Source of the DNA: Macrostomum lignano
Taxonomy: Eukaryota
Assembly: GCA_002269645.1 (NCBI GenBank)
Contig: NIVC01004506.1
Span: 1 to 43,761, forward strand
DNA length: 43,761 nt
Reading direction: 5' to 3'
In this document: positions 33,527-43,761 of the stretch, one piece after another
Position numbering within the stretch: position 1 is the stretch's first letter
How the letters are laid out: each line of letters starts with the position of its first letter
Made by a program: the position numbers and the translations under genes
Notes under the pieces: model-generated
Told to the model about the DNA's origin: nothing
Databases searched by the model: none
The model's input: only the letters and a program-made list of their open reading frames with translations

Positions 33527-33626
33527 GTATTTTTCGAAATTGAAATTTCCGATCATATAAACAATTATTTCCTTGTTTCGAGAGTATTATTCGTTAATTG
33601 ATATTTAATCGACGCTTTATGCGCAG

Positions 33627-34078
33627 ATTCACAGTCACCGTTGACAACAACGAGCAACACGAGGACGCTTACGTGACCTACCTGAGCATAGAAAAAGCCA
33701 CCGAAGAGGTCACCGGCAACTTCACTGCCACTGCGACCAACAAGGCCGGCAATGACTCCGTCAGTTGCAGCGTCAACCTCGAGGAGCTAGCGCCCAGCTT
33801 CATCAAGCCGCTGAAGAAGCCGTCTGACGGTGCCAAAGTAGACGCAGATTTCACTCTGACTTGCGAATTCGACGGTCGTCCAACGCCAAGCATCAACTGG
33901 TACGTGAACGGTGAACTAGTAGAGACAACCAGTAAGCGCTACCGGGTGACCGTTGAGCACAGTGTCACCACGCTGACCATCTTGGGCGTATCCGAGGCCG
34001 ACAATAATGTTCCAATCACCTGCGTTGCAAGAAATCGCAAAGGCGAAGCGCAGACGGATACCACGCTGCAGGTCGAGG
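33627..34078 (+). CDS. TTN: Titin-like exon: 1.5 Ig domains
   Basis: ORF 33598 frame; gcgcag acceptor, G|GTGAGT donor. Confidence 0.9.
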
Positions 34079-35978
34079 GTGAGTTCAAGCTCGATGATTT
34101 TTCATCAACATACGAAAGCTTTGCTTTCTATTCGAAGCGCGCGATTTATGCATGGCATGCTGCCTCCTTTGACACTCCTACTAAATTATAACTCTTATTA
34201 GGTAGTTGACACTTTTCTGATAATAACAGCATGCATCTAAATAGAGCCAACTCAATTAACTACGTAAATAAAATTAAGTGCTCATCTTTCAGTTCTCTCT
34301 GCTTGCTAATTTCTAGACCGCACAAGAATAGTTTGCATGCTGCTCCTACTGTCCTTCGCATGCCTGCTCGCTCTCCTGCTCGACCTGCTCCTGGCCTGAA
34401 CGACATACCGCTGATAACGCAACTCAAACTACGATTAAAATATTCAAATTAGAATTCAAATGCCTCTGCGATAGGGCACAGAACTCGTCATATGCAATTA
34501 TTTAAAGAAAAGGTATTAAATTTGTTTGAACTCTTAAATTTAGTTCAAACTTTTTTAATCAGCTAATATTTATTAAAAAGTTCAAAGTCGTTTGTTTATT
34601 AATAATAAAGTTGATGACAAACAAAAAATTCCTAAATGTTTACCTAATTTCCTTTTATTTTTTGTTTTCTAGTCCTTTCCTATTGTTTTGAATTTTATCA
34701 ATAATAATTTCTTTACCTTAATAATCATCATTCAATACTACTAATCCACTTGATGAGAATTCCGATATACTTTTTTATATTTTTATTTCGCTAAAATTAG
34801 TTTATCAAAATTAGTTAATTTATTACTTGATACCAGTAAAACATCTAAAAAATTATTATAATGGTGCTACTGACGAGTAGATCATGCCAATTGAAACAAA
34901 ACACTCGAACTGTTAACTTTGCGCGCGTCCACAATTTAGAGATTAGCTGTTTGTTTGTTCATATCGCATTGCTTGATAGTCCTCACGTTTCAGATCTGTT
35001 TAACTGTTTCTAAAAGAATCTGTGATATTCGGCACTGAATTTTTACTGTATTCTGTCTGCTGCTCTTGTTTGACACTTTTTCAATTACTTTGTTATAATA
35101 TTCTGTGCATTGTATTGCACAGATCAATTGTATTTTGCTTGAGTTACGGGATAAAATATATATATCCAAATTAAATACGCATATCCCTATAGTGTGTGCC
35201 TACTATACAAAATCGCAGCTAATATTTCCTGTTTAATATTAGTTACTCGTAGACGCACATGCAGTGACATCGTGTCGTGTGCATTATGAAATTTTTTGCA
35301 TATTATTGCACGCTATGTTAAATAGTGCTTTAGTAGCCCTTTGCTCGCAGATCCCAAAAGCCTCTGAATTTAAGCTTTCTGAATGAAATTCATCGACTGT
35401 ATATCGTTGAGTAGATTTTGTAGCTGGTGTTGCACTTCTAAGAAAGCGCGCTGTTCTAATTCTGCTTCTGCAGACGCTATGCGATCGTTGTAAATATTAT
35501 AGCGCTATTCCACCTGTTCTAATAAATTAGGACGACTTTAAACTGCCACTATTAATCCGGACATCTAAGCGGCTTTAGAAGTTATGAGACACCCGGCTAT
35601 TTAGCTAGTCGCAGTCTTTGGGCCCTGCAGCAAATCTGCTGATGGGTGACCCGCAGCCAGTGACGAGGCAGTTGTACTTTCCGTTGCTCATTGCCGGTTA
35701 GCCCAAGTGAATGGTACGAATACTACTCAATCCCTGGGTAATTTTCGTTCACGATGAGACTGCACGCGGAATCAAGTTCGGGGAAAGTGCATTTCGCTTG
35801 AGAGTCGGTTCCGCTCCGCTACTCAATCCCTTGTTTCAACCGTGACTACTACATGTACTATTGAGGGCTAGATGGTTTTGCTCCCCGGTACTGTTAGCGC
35901 AGTATTTTGATGTCGGAAAGCAAAATAGATTAGAGTGGTGTAGAATTTTTTTACTTTTCTGTTAAAAATCTATTGTAG

Positions 35979-38438
35979 TTGCCCTGCAAGATGCAACTGG
36001 TGAGCTGCACGAATCAACTGAGCCGCAGCAGCTTGAGATGCCGCAGGAAGGCTGCACCGAGTTGGAGGACAGTGAGCCGACTCTGAGCACTATTCAACCA
36101 ACCACAACGGCAGACGATTTGAACAAGGCCGAGACTAAAGTTAGTAGCTTTGAGGTCATGGGTATTGAAGAGCAGTCCGTGGAAGAAGAGCTGCTATCTT
36201 CCGAACAGGCAGTGGGGGTACCTCCGTCCGAGCAACTCGAAGTGGCTTTAACTCCTGCTGTACCTGATGCAGCTATGGCTGAATCTATGGAAGAGGCCAC
36301 GACTGCGCTACCACGTCAGGACAGCACCGAAGAGGCTGCCCCGAGCGAAGGTTCCGTTTCCAGTGACGATCAGTTCTACGAGACTTCGGCAGGGTTCACA
36401 AAGTTCGAAGACGAAGTTCGCCCTGAAACTTTGTCGCAGCTGGCTGACAAAGAGTACGACTCGATAGAACAGCAAACAGTCAAGAGCAGCGAGGTAGTTG
36501 CCAAGAAAACAGCAGAACAGCTGCATTTGCTAGCGGATGAGCTCAACATCGAGCCTCACAGTCTGGACGTTATCGAATCATACGAGGAATTCACTGCGAA
36601 GAAAGAAAACAGCGAACAAACATGGTGCTATGCGACTTCCGTGATTGTCACAAAGCGCTCCAGTGTTTGCACAGAGCAGGTTGAACTTACTGGCACTGAG
36701 GAAATTTCTGTTCGGGAAACTGAGGCTGACACTAAAAATATAGCTTCGGAATTTCTTGACGCCAAAGTGAAACAACAACCGGAAGTCAAAGAGCTGAAGG
36801 AGCACTTAGAGGAGAAAAAAATAGCAAATCAGCAGCAAGAACCACTGGAAGCAGATGAAGTGAGTGTGCCGCAGTCCTCCACAGAAGACTTCCAGAGCGA
36901 GACAACAACTGAATCGGCAGCGCAGTCTACTGAAAAAGCACATCTATTCGAAGCAAAGGCTGAGGAGCTTCCGTCGTCGGTAGCTCAAGTGCCTGCTGCG
37001 CCGGAGGAACTCGAGGCTGAAGTAAAGATCGAACAAGACTTGAAACCTTCGGATCAGGCAGAAACTGCTCTTTTAGAGTCTGGTGAACCACAGCGAGGCG
37101 AGGTTACTTCTCAAGAGTCTGCCCAGGATCTTTCCGTTCCAAAAGAAGACGTAGCAAAATCAAACAAGCAAGACGAACTTGAGAGTCAAGTGCAAGATAC
37201 CAAGAAGCAACAAGCCCATGTCTCGGCCACTGCAACCGATGAAAAACTGGAGTCATCTGAGCCCCTCGAAGAGATCAAAGTTGATTCAATTGAGAAGGCA
37301 AGCTCAGAAATAGATCAAAATCTTTTGGCTGAGAAAAATTATGTGACACCTTCTATTCAAGAAATGACATCGAGCACTGCCGAAGAAGTTGCCCACGCTT
37401 TTGATCAGGAAGAACAAAATCTTTTGGCACCAAAAGAAGAGCAGACAGTACTGGATCAAACACGTGCCTCCCAGCCTGATTATCGTGCCGTATCGCAAGA
37501 TACTTCAGATGTCGCTGAGAGTCAAGCCCAATTATTGCAAGAAGTTCAAGAACAATTGGCCACGGCTGATAGCGTTGGCGACAGTTTTATGGCTGCCGAA
37601 GTGGCCGAGAAACCATCCACCGTAACCGTAGATGCTTCAGCACTCGACGAGCACATCACTGACTCTCGGCCAGAGGTAGAGCTGCATTCTGATATCGAAC
37701 AACCCCAAAAAGATGAGCAGCTTATGGCAGGCAAAGTTGAAACTGAAACTCAACTAGAAGAGACTGAGACAAGAGAGCTTGAGTTTGACATGGATGCTAG
37801 TGTCATTGAAGATAAGAAGGATAAGCTGGAGACCTCCGTGCCAACCGACATAGAAGAAACTGAAACAGCTTTACAACCGTCGAGTCCAGTTTTGAAATTC
37901 TCAGACCAAGTTGACTCAGAAGCTAATGCCGAGTCGTTGAAAGAATTCCCTTCGGAAACTGAGCTAACAGAAGAAGCTCAGGCAACCGATGTTGCTGATG
38001 TTACTCAGAAACCGAAGCTGGAATCAGCGACTGTGCCTACTTTGACCGATTCTAGACCCGCCGCTGATAGCTTATGCGAGGTTACGGAAGAAATTTCTTC
38101 TCCAACTTTTGAAACCAGCGCCAGTGAAACTTGTCCAGAGCTCAAGCAAAAAAATGTAGAAGTATCCTCAGCCAAGTCTGTGGCAGAAGAAGCAGATACA
38201 AGTATGCTGCCAATAACGCAAAAAGAACAGCCGATTGGCGAAATTGCGTCACTAGCAAAAAGCTCCGCACAAACAGAAGTAGTCGCATCTGCTAACCAAA
38301 CAGTCAAGAGAGGTCAAACCGAGCCAAGGATAGAATCCGTTGCATTCGAAAACGCTCCAATTTCTGAGCAGGATGACTTTGAGTTCAACGCTGAAATTGA
38401 GGCTCAAACTAACGAGAGACAAACAGTCCAAGACACGG
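35979..38438 (+). CDS. TTN: Titin-like 2460-nt exon: 820-aa non-repetitive acidic E/S/T/A-rich spacer
   Basis: The frame of ORF 36038..38470 extends to the tattgtag acceptor; G|GTAAGA donor; phase 1-1. Confidence 0.88.
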
Positions 38439-38524
38439 GTAAGAAGCATGCATATAATAACTCGCTATGAGAAAGGATAAGATAGTTTAATCATAGACTT
38501 TTATTCTTCTTTTCCTAATTGTAG

Positions 38525-38797
38525 CTAAAGTTTTCCTACTCGAAGATTTGAAAAAGCAAGTAGTAGCGGCCACTAATGAGGCGAAATTTGTCGCTAAAGC
38601 GAGTGGCTCAGTTCAAAGTCATCACTGGCTCAAGGATGAGCATACATTGCTACCAGATGGAAGCAAGTACTTAACATCATCAACAGAAGACAACATCTTT
38701 TCTCTGACAATATCGGATGTGCAGCCAGACGATGCTGCTGAATACACCTTAATGATAAATGATTCTGTAAAGGTATCTGCAGCATTAGAAGTACAAG
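38525..38797 (+). CDS. TTN: Titin-like exon: one Ig domain, first of the Ig-Ig-Fn3-Fn3 series
   Basis: ORF 38548 frame; ttgtag acceptor, G|GTAAAC donor. Confidence 0.88.
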
Positions 38798-39039
38798 GTA
38801 AACAATTTTTTATTCAAAAATTTGAATAAAGTAAAGAAAACTTGTACTTTTTATATGTGAAACTATTTATTGTACTTTTATTATAAATTTTATCGGAATT
38901 CTACTTCCCAATCTGCTTTTATACTAACACTAACGATCTGAACTAAAATCATGCATGCAATTCAAATACAAGTCATAATTGATGAATAAGTATTTAACCA
39001 AGCATTTAAATAAAGTATAAGAAACACACTTCATTTCAG

Positions 39040-42000
39040 TGCCTCCCGAGTTAACCCTGCCCGAGAACTTCCGACAGGACATCACACTGCGCGCTCACAC
39101 TTCACACGTTGTCGAAATTCCGTTCAAAGCGATGCCAAAGCCGACTGTAACTTGGACTTGGAAAAATGGTGAACTTCCTGACAAAAAGCGATTTACTGTC
39201 GACTTGATTCATGGAATGACTTCTTTGAGCATGTCGAAGATTCAAAAGTCTGAAGAGGGTCCCTTCCAAGTAACCATCGAAAACGCTTGTGGGAAGGTGA
39301 CTTTTACTATAAACGTTCGCGTGCTCGACAAGCCTAGTCCGCCAGTAAATCCTCGAATTGGTGACAACAATGGTGACCAGATCCTGATAGTGTGGGACAA
39401 GCCACTGGACAACGGAGGCTGTGAACCACTCACCTATACAGTGGAGAAAAAAGAAACAACAAAGATGGCTTTCATAGAAATAGGAAAGCCTGAAGAGCCT
39501 ATGGAGAAGTCAGTAACGGGACTAATTATTGGAAAGTCCTACGTCTTCAGAATCGCAGCAATCAACGAAGTTGGACAGTCAGAATTCGTTCAGTTTGGAC
39601 CGTTCAAGGCGACACCACCCGCTGGAATCCCATCAATCATTGACGCCCCTGTTGCAAGTGCAACGGGACAGACCACTGTCACCGTCAACTGGAAAGAGCC
39701 TACGGACCTAAAGCATCCTATAACAAACTATGTCCTTGAAATGAAGCCTGAAGCGTCTAATGACTGGGTGACTGTCAATGCCGACTTCATCATCGACGAG
39801 CCTGCCTACGAAGTCACAAACGTCAAGGAGGATGTAGCAATTCATTTTAGAGTTGCAGCAGAAAACAAGGCAGGAAAAAGTGAGCCTTCCAGACCCAGTA
39901 ACACTGTAACATGTGGAACTCCGCTGGAGTTCATCAAGCCTCTAGAAAATATGGTCGTTCGAGAGATGCCTGAGAAACTTGAGCTACAGGCTCAAACCAA
40001 CAAGGACGGTAAAGACATTACCTGGACTAAGGATGGTAAGCCTTTTATTCCTGGAAAGAAGGATTCAATTTCCACTACTGGATCTACCTACACGCTGACA
40101 TTCAACGAGGTTCGCGAAGAGATCGAAGGCGTCTACACTCTGAAAGTCGATAACAAGACGACAGAGTGCAAAGTAACGTTTGAGATCAAGCCAGAGTTGA
40201 GACTGTCTGACAACTTTGTCGAACGACTGACTCTGAAAGCTGGAGCGTCCTCGGTCGTCGAGATTCCATTTGTCGCCTTGCCGAAGCCGACTGTAACATG
40301 GAAATGGAATGGAAAGCCGTTGCCAGATTCGAAGCGATTCAAAGTCGATGTGATTCACGGAATGACCTCACTGACGATGGCTAAGGTTCAGAAGCCAGAT
40401 GAGGGACCGTTTCAGTTGGAGATCGAGAATCCGTTTGGCAAGACTTCAGTCACAGTGCACCTTGTAGTGCTCGACAAGCCAGGACCGCCTGAGAACCTCA
40501 AGATCACCGACGACATGGGAGACGTCGTAACTTTGAATTGGACTGAGCCCAAGGACAAAGGAGGATACGAGAAGGTCAAATACATCGTCGAAAAGCGTGA
40601 AGCTACGAAGAAGGCGTTCACCGAGGTTGGAACTGTTGATGAGCTGAAGTGTCCGATCTCGGGTCTCACTATCGGCAAAAAGTACGTCATGCACGTGTGC
40701 ACCGTAAATGAGGTCGGAAAGTCCGAGTTCGTCGAAATCGGACCTCACGAAGCTACATATAAGTTCAAGCCGCCTACTGCACTGGAAGCGCCAGTTGCCA
40801 AGGTCACTGGACCAGCTGACGTACAGGTAACATGGAATCCTCCAAACAGCGATGGAGGCAACCCAGTGACTAACTATTTCTTGGAGATGAAGCCCGAACA
40901 GAGCTCTCAATGGGTAGCAGTCAATGCTGACTTTGTTATTCCCAAAGAGAGCCATACAGTCTCGAACGTACCGAAAGACACTGAAATCGTTTTCCGAGTG
41001 AGCGCCGAGAACAAAGCTGGTAGAAGTGAGCCTTCACCACCTAGTAACCCAGTTGTGTGTGGAACGGCTCTTGAGTTCATCAAGCCTCTGGAAAACATGG
41101 TCATTCGAGAGATGCCTGAGAAACTTGAGCTACAGGCTCAAACCAACAAGGACGGCAAAGACATTACCTGGACTAAGGATGGTAAGCCTTTTATTCCGGG
41201 AAAGAAGGATTCGGTTTCCACTACTGGATCTACCTACACGCTGACATTCAACGAGGTTCGCGAAGAGATCGAAGGCGTCTACACTCTGAAAGTCGATAAC
41301 AAGACGACAGAGTGCAAAGTAACGTTTGAGATCAAGCCAGAGTTGAGACTGTCTGACAACTTTGTCGAACGACTGACTCTGAAAGCTGGAGCGTCCTCAG
41401 TCGTCGAGATTCCATTTGTCGCCTTGCCGAAGCCGACTGTAACATGGAAATGGAATGGAAAGCCGTTGCCAGATTCGAAGCGCTTCAAAGTCGATGTGAT
41501 TCACGGAATGGCGTCACTGACGATGGCTAAGGTTCAGAAGCCAGACGAGGGACCGTTTCAGTTGGAGATCGAAAATCCATTCGGTAAGACTTCAGTCACA
41601 GTGCACCTTGTAGTGCTCGACAAGCCAGGACCGCCTGAGAACCTCAAGATCACCGACGACATGGGAGACGTCGTAACTTTGAACTGGACTGAGCCCAACG
41701 ACAAAGGGGGATACGAGAAGGTCAAATACATCGTCGAAAAGCGCGAAGCTACGAAGAAGGCGTTCACCGAGGTTGGAACTGTTGAAGAGCTGAAGTGTCC
41801 GATCTCGGGTCTCACTATCGGCAAAAAGTACGTCATGCACGTGTGCACCGTAAATGAGGTCGGAAAGTCCGAGTTCGTCGAAATTGGACCTCACGAAGCT
41901 ACATATAAGTTCAAGCCACCTACTGCACTGGAAGCGCCAGTTGCCAAGGTCACTGGACCAGCCGATGTGCAGGTTACGTGGAATCCTCCAAACAGCGATG

Positions 42001-43761
42001 GAGGCAACCCAGTGACTAACTATTTCTTGGAGATGAAGCCCGAACAGAGCTCTCAATGGGTAGCAGTCAATGCTGACTTCGTTATTTCCAAAGAGAGCCA
42101 TACAGTCTCGAACGTACCGAAAGACACTGAAATCGTTTTCCGAGTGAGCGCCGAGAACAAAGCTGGTAGAAGTGAGCCTTCACCACCTAGTAATCCAGTT
42201 GTGTGTGGCACGGCTCTTGAGTTCATCAAGCCTCTAGAAAATATGGTCATTCGAGAGATGCCTGAGAAACTTGAGCTAAAGGCTCAAACCAACAAGGACG
42301 GCAAAGACATTACCTGGACTAAGGATGGTAAGCCTTTTATTCCGGGAAAGAAGGATTCGGTTTCCACTACTGGATCTACCTACACGCTGACATTCAACGA
42401 GGTTCGCGAAGAGATCGAAGGCGTCTACACTCTGAAAGTCGATAACAAGACGACAGAGTGCAAAGTAACGTTTGAGATCAAGCCAGAGTTGAGACTGTCT
42501 GACAACTTTGTCGAACGACTGACTCTGAAAGCTGGAGCGTCCTCAGTCGTCGAGATTCCATTCGTCGCCTTGCCGAAGCCGACTGTAACATGGAAATGGA
42601 ATGGAAAGCCGTTGCCAGATTCGAAGCGCTTCAAAGTCGATGTGATTCACGGAATGACGTCACTGACGATGGCTAAGGTTCAGAAGCCAGACGAGGGACC
42701 GTTTCAGTTGGAGATCGAAAATCCGTTTGGCAAGACTTCAGTTACAGTGCACCTGGTTGTTCTTGAGAAACCCAGCCCGCCTCAAGCTTTGCAGGTCGCA
42801 AACAACGTTGGAGATTCTGTACTTTTGACCTGGGAACCGCCCAAGTCAAATGGTGGCTGCGATAAGCTTTCATACGTTATCGAACGCAGAGAAACGAGCA
42901 AGATGTCATCTGTTCAAGTATGCGAAACTGAGGAACTGAAGGCTGAAGTTTCTGGATTGATTCTTGGTAAGAAATATGTCTACCGTGCAGCTGCTGTCAA
43001 CGTTGTCGGTCAATCTGACTTTGTTGAAACTTCTCCGGTCGAAGCGGCCTTTTCTTTCTCAAAGCCGACGAAAATAGAACCTCCAGTTGCCGTGGTTACC
43101 ACTCCAAAAACAGTCTCGGTTTCCTGGAAACAACCAGACTCTGACGGCGGTAATCCAGTAAGCAACTACTACTTGGAAATGAAACCGGTCGAAAGTCAAC
43201 AGTGGGTAGCTGTGAATTCTGACTTTACCATTACTTCTTTGACTCACGAGCTCGAGCCGAAGATTCAAGATGAAGAGATTCACTTCCGAGTTAGTGCGGA
43301 TAACAAGGCTGGACGCTCGGATCCATCCGGTCCTAGCAATGCTGTCGGCCTCGGCATGCCTTTAGAATTTGTCGTTCCACTGTCTGATCTGACTGTTACC
43401 GACTCAGTTGAGTCAGTGTCTTTAAAAGCTGTGACAAATAGGCCGGGTGACAAATTTGCCTGGCTGAAGGACGGAAAGGCTTTGCCGCAATCTAAGAGCT
43501 TTAACCAAACCGTGAACGGCTGCAACTACATTCTCACTCTGACTGATTTGACAGACGATTGTGCTGGCGATTACAAGCTGCAAGTGAACAACAAAGAAAC
43601 AGTATGTAGGGTGGTATTGAAGGTGAAGCCAGTTCTAAATCTGGCTGCCAATTTTAGTGACACCATTATTCTAAAGAGTGGAGCGTCGACCGCCATCGAA
43701 ATTCCTTTCATGGCTTTGCCAAAGCCGACAGTTAACTGCGACCTGGAAGGGAGCGTCCTTG
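39040..43761 (+). CDS. TTN: Titin-like exon running off the window: Ig-Fn3-Fn3-[Ig-Ig-Fn3-Fn3]x3-Ig-Ig(partial)
   Basis: catttcag acceptor. Manual translation (VPPELTLPENF..., LDKPGPPENL..W.EP, FRVSAENKAG.SEPS) stays open to the window end, which explains its absence from the ORF track. Confidence 0.93.
39927..42757 (+). repeat. Near-identical 1146-bp (382-aa) coding tandem repeat, about 2.5 copies
   Basis: GAGTTCATCAAGCC at 39927, 41073 and 42219; shadow ORFs recur with an exact 1146 offset. Confidence 0.96.

Larger units (their letters stand above)
412..43761 (+). other. TTN: Gene model (partial at both ends): giant titin/connectin-family muscle protein, sallimus/kettin-like, about 45 Ig and 8 Fn3 domains in the window
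   Basis: 22 exons with GT-AG boundaries and phases that chain from 412 to the window end once three 1-bp indels are corrected. Repeated I-set Ig motifs (P.F...L, W.K.G, D.G.Y.C.A.N..G), acidic spacers and Fn3 motifs. The symbol denotes the family; orthology was not tested. Confidence 0.93.

Noticed and set aside
35341-35700. Further tiny terminal exons after strong-looking acceptors (near 35350, 35473 and 35630)
   Set aside because: They give only 5-23 codon peptides with no supporting feature; indistinguishable from intronic background.
40065-43525. Repeated minus-strand ORFs (for example 40446..40955 and 41592..42101) as an antisense gene
   Set aside because: Shadow frames of the 1146-bp coding repeat; they recur only because the + strand is duplicated. 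The same holds for the 25755..27029 alternative frame.

Overview
Eukaryotic (invertebrate) genomic DNA. The GC-rich exons, ~90-140 bp introns, poly-Q/A tracts and dense intronic satellites resemble the flatworm Macrostomum, but that is an unverified impression. The whole window lies inside one + strand gene of the titin/connectin (sallimus/kettin-like) family that starts before base 1 and continues past base 43761. I traced 22 GT-AG exons whose splice phases chain correctly (about 25.9 kb coding, about 8600 aa) plus 3 candidate alternative exons. Domain order: helical spectrin-like segment, about 30 I-set Ig domains, two long acidic E/A/Q/V/T-rich spacers (one built of a 46-aa repeat), then Ig-Ig-Fn3-Fn3 super-repeats with a near-identical 1146-bp unit. 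No kinase domain falls in the window. Three single-base frameshifts (about 24350, 26992, 43739) are most likely sequence errors. A Spred-type Sprouty-domain gene with no detectable EVH1 domain is nested antisense in the 5.3-kb intron. Introns also hold two tRNA-derived SINEs with different heads and tails but a shared core, a Tc1/IS630-like TIR element with one SINE inserted in it, a hAT-type MITE and many unrelated satellites. There is no CRISPR array or prokaryotic system. The novelty lies in gene architecture and repeat biology, not in a clearly new molecular machine.
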